Source of the DNA: Macrostomum lignano
Lineage: Eukaryota
Reading direction: 5' to 3'
Assembly (NCBI GenBank): GCA_002269645.1
Contig: NIVC01004615.1
Coordinates: forward strand, 1 to 40,452
Length of the DNA stretch: 40,452 nt
The notes below the pieces were generated by a model, which had not been told where the DNA came from, ran no database searches, and saw only the letters and a program-made list of their open reading frames with translations. The position numbers and the translations under genes are program-made. Shown one piece after another: positions 1-10,238 of the stretch; the stretch's first letter is position 1, and every line of letters starts with the position of its first letter.

Positions 1-133
1 ACACTGGGAGGAGCCGCTACCCTCCTGCTCATACACTGGGAGGAGCCGCTACCCTCCTGCTCATACACTGGGAGGAGCCAGCTCGCTACCCTCCTGCTCA
101 TACACTGCGAGGAGCCGCTACCCTCCTGCTCAT
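1..133. repeat. 32-bp minisatellite, about 4 copies, running off the left edge
   Basis: Unit ACACTGGGAGGAGCCGCTACCCTCCTGCTCAT at 1, 33, 65 (with a 5-bp insertion) and 102. It lies in the intron just downstream of the POC1 exon. Confidence 0.9.
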
Positions 134-158
134 ACACAAGCAGACAAGCGCAGCAAAC

Positions 159-518
159 CTGAGTGAGGATATCCAACTGTCGCACAATATGCTCCAGAGT
201 AGAACCAATAATCGGAGGCACTCCGGCCATGGCCGGATTAATCCACATGGACACAGGCGGCTGGCAGCCATTGCCAGTGGGGGGCATTGGACCCTGCTGC
301 TGTCCGTTAGACAGCTGCAGCATGCCGGGAGGCGGCGGGCACTGTACACCTGGCTCCAGATTTTCAGCAGCGTCATTAGACTCAGATGAGTAGGCCGATA
401 GCTCAGGCTCACTGCAGGACTCCATCCGATTAGCAGACGGGCCATTGGTGCTTATATCGCCATTTGTATTGGCAGCGGTGGACAGCTGCTTTGCAGAGCC
501 CTGCTGCTGCTGCTGCTG
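159..518 (-). CDS. POC1: Internal exon of POC1 (WDR51) centriolar protein: low-complexity linker plus start of the C-terminal POC1 coiled coil. The 5' boundary is approximate.
   Basis: The minus frame is open from 545 to the window edge, so the ORF track does not list it. It ends ...PPIIGSTLEHIVRQLDILTQ followed by the donor CAG|GTTTGC at 159/158. This matches the POC1 motif STLEHIVxQLDxLTQ(TVSILEQRL). Several AG acceptors are possible at 489-520. Confidence 0.8.
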
Positions 519-1048
519 CTTGGCGGGAGCCATGCAGATAATGAATCACAGATGAGACACAGACACAAAGACTCAAAGACACAAAGACACAAAGACTCAC
601 TGCTCGTAAAATACCAACATCTTTACCTTACCCTTTACACTGCTGAGCCTCTGCAGATTCCATTAAATGTAATTACAGATTACTAGACTAGAATCTGACA
701 ATTGATAGAATTCTTGAAATCCAAGAATCATAAATATTAAAGTGATTGATACTTTAAATGAGATCTAGCTTAGGAAAACAGAATGCTTAGTTAACATCGG
801 TGACTAAATTCAGTATGCCAACATTAAGAGAAGTTATTAAGCCTTTTGGCTTCATCCCCTATTTTGTAAACAACTAGAATTTTTAGGCATTTCTTGTCAT
901 ACTTCCCTAAGTCTTTAGATTATTTATATAAATGATTTCTTCCCCCAACCCAATAATGGTAAGCCTAGGTTGACAAAAGTTATTGAATTGTGCAAATATT
1001 TTCATATAAAAGGTACCAGAAAAAAGTAAAAAGAAAACAAAAGTGGTA

Positions 1049-1419
1049 TTATTACTTTTTTTTATTAAAGGCAGGGAGGTTTTGTGCACCCTGGCGCACT
1101 TTAAGCGACATTGGCACACAACCGGCGAGAGGCATTACTGCCCATTCCGCCGACTCCCCTGAGCAGGCATACAAGCGCGCGGATACGTACGCAGGCACAC
1201 ACTCACACAGGAGTGTACAGCGGCCCTAACTTTATATTATCGTTAGGCATGTACACTTCACTGCGCCTTGGGGGGTTGGCTCTCAAGGCTGTTAATTGCA
1301 CGAGCAGAGCCAAGCCGAGATTCCAATTCAGCCCCAAATTAATGTGACTGCACTTGGAATCGAGCCTGGGTCGCTGGCACACCAGAGCAGCTGCGCTACC
1401 GCTGGGCTACGGCTCCCTT
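1049..1419 (-). mobile_element. Full-length tRNA-derived SINE (family A)
   Basis: The minus-strand head GGGAGCCGTAGCCCAGCGGTAG...GGCTCGATTCC carries A-box and B-box-like motifs (1417-1345). There is an A/T-rich tail near 1049-1070 and a perfect 13-bp TSD AACAAAAGTGGTA at 1036-1048 and 1420-1432. A second copy lies at 38781-39106. Confidence 0.9.
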
Positions 1420-3212
1420 AACAAAAGTGGTAGCCAATTGGCAAGATATTGAGGCTATATGGGGGATGAGGCAAGATTTCTTAGCTTACACTAGACGACA
1501 TAAATTGCGAAAAATTACAAGTATATAAGTGTAGTAAAGTGTAGAAAGTGTAGTAAAGTATTGTAATTTTTCTTGCCAGATATTGCCAATATTGTAGGAA
1601 TTGCAATCGAGATTGCAATTTCAACTTAGAATAATTGTAATTGATTTTTAAAACTACCTGATCTCCATCTAGATATGAATTTAAATGAAGAATAAATATT
1701 TTCATGCTCCGCGAATGACTTTTGATCTGAAATTTTAAAAACTGTAGTAAAGAATCTACGAATTATATTAATTTCCAAAATTGCAATCAATATTGCATAA
1801 TTTTATATTCGTAATTATTGTAATCACAATTAAATTTTGGACTAAAAAAATATTTATCGGTCAGCCTTTAAAAGTAGAATACATAATTTTAATAAAATAA
1901 CGTTTTTTATTTTGTAAATAGAAGTTTTTTGAACTTTATTTAATTATTAAAGTATTTTTTGATTTACTGTTATAAAATTTAAATAGACATGCACTTGCTT
2001 TTGCCCTTGCTAATTTCCATATACAGAAACAGCTTTTTAGTAGGAGAGAAGAATGATTCGTAGTGATGTAAATGTAGATTATGTATCTATACTTAAAATA
2101 TTTAACTTTAGAAGCCTGTTTTTGGCTATTAAATTGCTATCATTTTGCAAACTTATCAAAATTGAAGAAAGGGACAGATCTATATTTTATAATTTATATG
2201 CATTAAGCATAATGCATTCTATTTTTCTATTTTTATATAGTTTTAATTTCGACATTGGCTATTATTAAGTCATTTTACTTAAGTAGGCCTAGGCTAAGCA
2301 TGTAAGCCCAGGGCCAAGGAAGGCCCTTTGTTGCCTACCTAGGCCTAGAGCTTGGCCTAACAAGATTTTTTGGCCTAGGCTGCCAATGCCATGGCCAATG
2401 CCTAAACCTTATCCTGTTTTTGTATGCTATATTGATTGTCACAATTATATACTCATACTCATAGGCCCTAACTCATAGTCATAGTGGTATCAAGCATATA
2501 TAAATTTATTTGTTTGTGTCCTAATCTATTAGATGATATATACTATATAGTAGCCTATTGGGCATAGCATACATGGTGTACGTGGCATAAAACATAAAAT
2601 AATATAGTAATAGCAATTTTTTAATTAGGCTTAGTTAGTAGCAATATGCAGATTTGAAAGAAAGGGTCCAATTTATTAGGCCTAGGTCCTATTTAGTGGC
2701 CAACTGCCAGCTCTTGTGTATCCAATTAATTAAAACACTAGGTAGGTAGATAGCTACCTTGCATGCAAGCTCTTTGGTTAGGAATTTATGTTAAATAAAA
2801 AGTAAATAAATAGTTTGTTCCTTTATATATCTTAGACTAGTTATATAATATATAAATAACTTTTTTATATTCTAAGCTTTCTTATATTATTCATAATTGT
2901 GATTACTAATTTGTAGGCTCTAAGACTAATAATAATATGTTTAAGCAACCAAATAGGCCTATATATATAATTAATCTAGATTTTTATAGTTAAATATAAA
3001 GTATATTTAATTTACAACAATTTCTTATTATTAAAGTCAAGCAAGGCAGCCTAAAATCTGCTATTTAAAAATATTTATATTAGTATTTAGTCTAATCTGC
3101 TAACCATATTTATATTTTGTCTTTTCAAACAAGACAAAGCAAGCTACTATTATTTGTTCAATCTTTATACAATTATGCATACTATATTCCAATTTTTTCT
3201 CCCTATTTTTAG

Positions 3213-5506
3213 GCATATCAAAGGAAAATCAAGCAAACAAATATTATAGATCAATATAAGCCTGAAGAAATTTTTGATGAGTCATCTTCAAGTTCTTCAA
3301 GTTCTGAATCAACATCAAACTTAACACAGGCAAATGAAGCATCAAATAGATCAACCTTTTCAAAGCAAGAGTTGGTATTAGAATCAACAGGATTACAAGT
3401 GGAACTGGAAGAAAATATACTAACGTCTACTAGTGAAAATATCCAAGTAAAAAATTTGGATCTACATGAATTAGTGGATTTTTTTTCCAATGATGAAAAT
3501 ATTGCAATTCAAGACTATTTTTCCAAGGAGCTCATTTTTTCTGCTTGCTTTTTGCTTTATGCACTTAAGTTTAATCTTTCTGAATCTGCCTTAGATGCTT
3601 TATTGCATATGTTGCCATCATTTCTGTGTGTATCTAATGTTCTTGTTACAACAACAGCTCGCATAAAGACTATTGTAAGCAATGAATTTCGCAAGTACTG
3701 GGATATGTTTAAAGTTTACCAAGACCAAGACAGTGAAATTTTTGTATTTGATATTGTAGAGCAAATAAGAATAATTTTGTCTTGTCATATTGATGCTATT
3801 GAGGCTTACTTTCGTGAGTTACAAGTTGAAAATGGGGATGTTTTAAGCAAAAAAGATTTGATGTCAGATCCTGGTATTTTAGACATTTTCATTCTTTTGT
3901 CAAGTGATGGAAGTAATCCATATAAAAAGAAGCGGTTTTCACTTTGGCCATTAAATGGTACTATACTAAATTTACCACCTGCACTCCGTTCAAGCTTTTG
4001 CTGTTCTATCATGTTTGGTCTTTTTTTATCTCCTACTAAGCCTGTCTGGGATAAATTTGTTTCTATTTGCCTAAATGGTACTTCAATTGGCCAAGTTTTT
4101 GAAATAACTATTAAAGGTAAATTATATAAGTTTAGGCCTCTATTTTACCGTTGTGTCTTTGATTTGCCAGCATTAGCAGTTGCCTTGAATTCTAAGCAAT
4201 TTAATGGTATTTTTGGTTGTCCTTTTTGTAAAATAGCAACTGAATGTAGTGGTTTACATGCTGGTAGAATGTATCCAACATCTGACTTACCTTATGAAAA
4301 GAAAACTGCTCAAGATTATGTTGAATTTGCATTGCTAGCCACTCAATTTAAGGTTGATGTTTTTGGTATCAAGGGCACTTCTATATTGTCTAATTTTTTA
4401 CTTTACCTGATGATTGTGTCATTGATGGCTTACATCTGTTTTATGAAAACTGTGCAAAGTCAATATTTGTTGCCATCTTTGAAGGTGGTCGTAAATGTAG
4501 TTATTCTTTAGGTCCAGCAAGAAAGGAGTTTGTACAAAAGGTACTAAAGGCAGTCAAGTACCCAGCTGGATTTTCAACTTTGTCCAATATTTGCTCTCTG
4601 TCTACTTGGAAGGGACACGACTTTAAAACATTTTTACTTTATGTTTGTCCTTTTTCATTTTTTAGTATAATGCCAAATTATCAATTTTTCCATCTTCTAA
4701 CATTGGTTGTTGCCTGTCAGATTGCAAATGAAACAAATGTTCGGCTGCTTTTAGAAGATTTTGATATACTTGTAATGTATTATGTTACTAACATTGAGGC
4801 TATATATGGAAAAAGATTTTCTACCTTGTCTGTTCATTTACTTACTCATTTAAAAGACATCCTAAAAAGCAATGGAGCAATGTCTAACTATTCTATGTTT
4901 TCCTTTGAGTCAAGATTTGTTGAAATCAAACAGTTTATGTCTGGAACACGTGGTCATGGTGGTCAAATAGCAGAAAAGTTAATGCTTTATAAAACACTGT
5001 ATGAACTATTTATGTCTAATCCTAACAATATTCCAAGTGTTGCTAAAAACCTTTTATCTGTGCCCCATTTTTCTACAGTTCCTAAAATTATTGATGAAGG
5101 CCGTTGTTTCCTAAATGGTTTTGTTTATCATTCTAATGCATATAAGCATGCCAGGAATTCATGTAACAATTTTTGTCACTTTACATACAATGGGCGAAAA
5201 CAATATGGTGTCATTAATTCTTTTCAACAAGATGATGGTAACACATACTTTTGTGTCAATATTTTTGCCACTAAGCCTCGTCTTGATTTAATTGACATGT
5301 CTTCAGGCACTGATGTTGATGAGAATGTCTTAGCCATTTTAAGGAAGCATTCATATTTTTATGTTTGGATTGAGCACGTGGCTGCAAATAATGTTCTTGT
5401 TGATGCCACAAATATTATTGCTTTGTGTCTATCCATATCATTTACTTTTAATGCACATGAATACACTTTTTTGACTCCTTTGTCTGCAGTGTTTGAGCAT
5501 TCGTAG
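3213..5506 (+). pseudogene. EnSpm/CACTA transposase (Transposase_21/TNP2-like) with one -1 frameshift near 4394-4400
   Basis: The frame is open from a splice acceptor (TTTTTAG|GCA, 3213). Motifs are SSDGSNPYKKKRFSLWPL, LNLPPALR and DLPALAVALNSKQFNGIFGCPFC. After a -1 shift it continues LPDDCVIDGLHLF...STWKGHDFK...VHLLTH...SMFSFES to the stop at 5506. The upstream exon was not located. Confidence 0.85.
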
Positions 5507-5687
5507 CTTATCACAATTTTACAGACATTTACTATTATTGTATTTGGCTGGTACTGGTTTGTTGCAGTATTAGTTGTATTTAAAGGCTGCAGATTTTTTA
5601 CTCATAGTTAGACATGATTACACAACTCCCTATCCACTTTAGTTAGTGACCTTAAGTAGAATATCTCCAAATTTTATTTTACAGCAA

Positions 5688-6704
5688 ATGGATTCTGCAA
5701 GTCGTCACCGAAAATCAGTTACCAGATTTCAAAATGAGCCGTCGTGCAGTGACTTCTTTTTATTTTGGTATTCTGGAACTGGAACCTACTCTTAAGCATT
5801 TTCCTATAATGCTGCTGCACTGCAATCTATTCCGCCAGACACAAAGGCTAGGATGACAAAGGGGCAAGAGGTAAAAATAGAGAATGGGAACAAAAGAGAA
5901 AAGGCTATGCTTTTGGCCCGAGGTCCTATGGCCAAGCTTGTCAATGCATCAAAACTGCTTGATACTGCACTTGAAGACTTAGAAGTTGTTGATACCGACA
6001 CCGTTATGCGAATTAACCTTGACAACACAGAGAATCTGACTATCCAATCAGATACATCAGACTCTGATGAGAGCTCAGATGCTGATACTAGTGCTTATGT
6101 TGGTGCATCAGCCACCAAGAGACCTCGTCAACAACTGCCTAGTCTGGCATCATCTAGTGCCACTGTCAGAGAAGCTGCCAAGCTAAATGCTCTTCGAGAT
6201 GCTCAGCCAAATGAGACCCCAACTCAAAGAGGGTCTCAAAGTTCTTCAACTGTTGTAGAAAAAACACCCAACAGGTCTATTCAGCCAGCTGACTTCAACA
6301 CAAGTATGCTTGACATCATGAAACAATTGCTTTGCGAACAAAAGCAAACGAATCGACTACTGGTAGCATTTTTAGAAAAACAGGAAGTGGCAAACCCTGT
6401 TCACATGGAGAATGCAGCCGAATTTACCTGCTACAATGGGCAAACAATCGACTTAGGATCAATTACTTGCAGCGATCCTAATTCATTTGCTCGAAAGTTT
6501 GTTACCATTGTTCATGGCAAACAAGCCCTCAAGGGTCGCTTGCTATCAAGCAAAAGAACAACCAAACGATAGCTGTTTTTACCATCCGAGTACGAAGATG
6601 TGTACAAAGCTGTAAATGCTCGCTTTCCAAACTGCTCATGGTCTGCAGTGGAAGCTAGTATGAATCAGTACCTTCGTGACATCTGTAGTAGCAAAAAGGA
6701 CTAA
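5688..6704 (+). pseudogene. Second CACTA gene: BEN-domain-like protein with two in-frame stops
   Basis: ATG at 5688 follows an acceptor (TTTTACAG). In-frame stops are TAA 5793-5795 and TAG 6570-6572. Reading through the TAG gives FARKFVTIVHGKQALKGRLLSSKRTTKR*LFLPSEYEDVYKAVNARFPNCSWSAVEASMNQYLRDI, which fits the BEN-domain helical pattern. The final stop is at 6702-6704. Confidence 0.65.
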
Positions 6705-7022
6705 CTAAATGAAGCAGTTTTTATTAGTTTTCCACTGTAATGACTTTTTTATTGCCTTTGATCGTAACTGTCATGACGGTGAAACACTAGTTTTACTTCA
6801 TCCTTTTTCGAAGTTTACCTGAATTACAAGTTTATATTGTACACACTTCTACTATCTGCAGCCTTTAACAACTAAGCTCAATTATTGCAACAGTACTTTT
6901 TGTTTTGTTTTGTGTTTTTTGTTTTTACTTAGTCATTTAATTTCTACAGTAATTTAAACAACCTATTTAGCCATTTTTTTATTTTTATATAATTAGTCTC
7001 TTACCCTTTCTTGCATATGCAT

Positions 7023-7393
7023 ATGCGACCTGCTCCCAAAGCGTGCCATTGCATCTCTAGCGTTTAATTGCTTGCTTCAATGTTTTTTAAATCAGAGTGT
7101 ATTTTTTATTTGTTTATATTGTGCTGCAATTTGTTAATGGAAACGTACACCCTTATTAAAAGTGCCGATTTTTCTTAGAATTGTCCTCTTCTTGCAGATG
7201 CGACCTGCTCCCAAAGCGTGCCATTGCATCTCTAGCGTTTAATTGCTTGTTTCAATGTTTTTTAAATCAAAGTGTATTTTTTTTGTTTATATTGTGCTGC
7301 AATTTGTTAATGTAAACGTACACCCTTATTAAAAGCGCCGATTTTTCTAATTGTCCTTTTCTTGCAGATGCAACCTGCTCCCAAAGCGTGCCA
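7023..7393. repeat. Tandem duplication of a 170-175 bp unit (about 2.1 copies) in the CACTA 3' region
   Basis: ATGC(G/A)ACCTGCTCCCAAAGCGTGCCA starts at 7023, 7198 and 7368. Confidence 0.9.
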
Positions 7394-8576
7394 AACAGCC
7401 ATTTTCCAATTTTGTTTTTTAACCAATCGCTACAGTGTTTTTTATAATAAATAATATAACAATTTTTATTCTATTTATTTTGTTTGTGTTGTTGTTAGTG
7501 CACAGTCTTAATATTACTGTCTAGTTAGTTATTCTACATAAGTATGTTCAAATAAATGTCACAATGCTACAGGAAAAATGCAGTTATTTTGCACTAAAAT
7601 GGTATTTAACAGTAATTAAATTCATCTGGTTTTTCAGGAGTTCAAGCGTGTTTATTATGTACTTATTACAAAAAAAGAAAAATTGTTCCATAACATATTA
7701 AGATTTATATTAAATATGTTGGAATTTATATAGTCTACAAGAAAAACTTTAGCTACATCACTTTGGAATTTGGCTCGATAGCCTGTAAAAATTAAATTAG
7801 GAAAATTACATTTATTACAACTAAAAGCATAAAAAATTACAATAATTGCAATTTAAATTTCAAAAATTGCTAAAATTACAATTCGTCTTGCAATTTATAC
7901 TTGTAATAATTGCATTTTTATTGCAATTTTAAACAATTAAATTGCAATTTCAATTACAATTTTCTTAATTTTTTTCGTCTAGTGTAGCAAAGCAGCTTCT
8001 CTTGCACCAGTTTGCTGCATGCTGCATATGATAGAGTAAAAGTAGAGGCATAGAATTTCCAGCGTGCCTACTACAAGGAGACATATAAGGGTGGGCAATC
8101 CTACGACAATATATAGGGAGTCTCCTTTCGAGTTGCCACTTAGTGTCCAGCAAGAGCTGAAAAAGCTGGACAAGGCCATGAAGCTGTCGTTTTATTTGGC
8201 TAGAATGGCACTTCCAAGTGGATGGCTGCCAAGTTGGAGGAGCAATGGAGCATGCTGATCGCCAGGGCGCAGAAGATCACCATAGTGATAGAGAAACAGT
8301 AACAAGACAATGCTGCTGCCCTACACCAGTGCAGACAAGAGCTGCTGAGAGTGCAATTCTCCAAAAAGCAGCATAAGGAAGTTGCCAGTGGCAAACCTGC
8401 ACATCAAGAGTGCGGACGTTGGCTTCTACGGTGGCCTTTGGTCTATGGTGAGCCAGATGGTGAGCAAGTCCCTGGATGCCCTGACGCCAACTGAGCAGGA
8501 AAAGGCAGTGGTTGCCCAGTTACGGCTTCATAAGCTGACTACTAATGAGTGTAGCACTGCCCCTGGTGCCATCCTT

Positions 8577-9092
8577 GGTACCACCCCAAGGCATCGGCCA
8601 TGGCACTGCTAATAGTGCTACTTGTGGCGCTGCCCATGGCACTGACACTGAGCCAGGGCTTAGGTGCCACCCCAAGGCATCGGCCGTGGCACTGCTAATA
8701 GTGCTACTTGTGGCGCTGCCCATGGCACTAACACTGAGCCAGGGCTTAGGTGCCACACCAAGGCATCGGCCGTGGCACTGCTAATAGTGCTACTTGTGGC
8801 ACTGCCCATGGCACTGACACTGAGCCAGGGCTTAGGTGCCACCCCAAGGCATCGGCCGTGGCACTGCTAATAGTGCTACTTGTGGCGCTGCCCATGGCAC
8901 TGACACTGAGCCAGGGCTTAGGTGCCACCCCAAGGCATCGGCCGTGGCACTGCTAATAGTGCTACTTGTGGCGCTGCCCATGGCACTGACACTGAGCCAG
9001 GGCTTAGGTGCCACCCCAAGGCATCGGCCGTGGCACTGCTAATAGTACTACTTGTGGCGCTGCCCATGGCACTAACACTGAGCCAGGGCTTA
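8577..9092. repeat. 86-bp minisatellite, 6 near-identical copies
   Basis: Units start at 8577, 8663, 8749, 8835, 8921 and 9007 (GGTGCCACCCCAAGGCATCGGCCGTGGCACTGCTAATAG...GCCAGGGCTTA). Confidence 0.97.
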
Positions 9093-10238
9093 GGCAAAGC
9101 CGCAGTGGATGAGGGCATGGCAACCAAGGTTGAGGTGGATGAGTGTGCAGCGGATAAGGGCACAGAAGACAAGTGCATGGCAATGATGATACCCACCTGG
9201 ATAAAGATAAGGATGCCCAACTGTCGCTGGCTAACCTTTTTAGTTGGCCACCACATTGAGATGTTGTTTGCTTACCTTGATGGTAGAAGCTGGGAAGAAG
9301 GCACCATTCTTTGCTGCATAAAAACATGTGGAAAGGACCACAATGTCCTTAATCAGTGATTTGTTGTGCTCTTTGAAAGCAGATGTTGCTAGATTATTGT
9401 GTGTACTACCATCTTATGGTGTTTAACAGGAATGGCAAGCAAAGCCTTAAGACTATCTTGTATATACATTTTGTATTTGATTTAGACTAAGATTATCTAA
9501 ACAAAATGATTGAAACTAGAGGCTTATACTTTGAGTAAAGTAGTAATATATTATATAAGATACTAAAAAAATTGAATAGTAAGGCAATCTGTGATTTGTG
9601 CCAAGTCATATTAGGCCTAGCAAAAATGAAGCAAGAAAGAAAGTATAAAATGTTTAAAAAAACTTAAAAAAGTCTGATTTTGCATAAAATGTTAAGCATA
9701 AATTATTTGATTGCAAAATAAGACCAATAGGCCTCAGTCAATACTTTTATTATACAATTATATTATATAGTCAAGAACCTAATTAGATATCTTGCAAGCC
9801 ATAGTCAGGTAGATAGCCTTTTTGCTTAAAAGTTACCATATATATTAGCCCTTCATAGTTCATTTGATGGGAGGTAGCCCATTTTAGTGAAGGAATTTTT
9901 GGCAAAAAATACTTTAGCAAAAGTGAATTTTTAGTTTATATGAATATATCTTTTAATGAAAGAAAATGATCAGTTTGGCAAAAAGATAGGCTACTTATCT
10001 TAATATGTAATGTATTTTTGCTCGTAGGGACTAAAAGCTATGTCTATGGCTGATTTCCTTCTGGCTGAGGCTAAGAAAACCAGCTACACATACATAGAAT
10101 GCTAACATTAAATAGCATTTACCACTGCTTTATTAATGCACACTTGAAGTTTGAAGTTAACTTTTTTCCTTAAGACTACACTTATATAGGCCCAGACAAC
10201 AACTGATATAGAATAAAGTTCTTGATAGCTTAGCTTTC

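Larger units (their letters stand above)
1489..7984 (+). mobile_element. Complete CACTA/EnSpm (CMC) DNA transposon, 6,496 bp
   Basis: TIRs are CACTAGACGACATAAATT and CACTAGACGAAAAAAATT (16/18 identical). TA flanks both ends (1487-1488, 7985-7986). Many AATTGYAAT-type subterminal motifs occur at both ends, and the element contains a Transposase_21-like gene. Confidence 0.92.

Noticed and set aside
98-445. Listed ORFs 98-445 (-), 163-393 (+) and 189-389 (+)
   Set aside because: They are alternative frames over the POC1 exon; the real frame is not in the track.
601-650. Possible 50-nt upstream POC1 exon (CTGCAG|...|GTGAGT)
   Set aside because: Splice signals are good, but its only open frame is phase-incompatible with the likely acceptors and shows no homology.
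1345-1417. tRNA gene calls here and at 37145-37216
   Set aside because: Cloverleaf stems are degenerate and each head is followed by a SINE body and tail.
8577-9092. CRISPR-like arrays (also 35737-36127 and 38203-38484)
   Set aside because: The units are head-to-tail with no unique spacers, there are no cas genes, and the context is eukaryotic.
8520-9359. Families of identical 60-145 aa ORFs
   Set aside because: They are artefacts of the 86-bp repeat, whose unit is not a multiple of 3.
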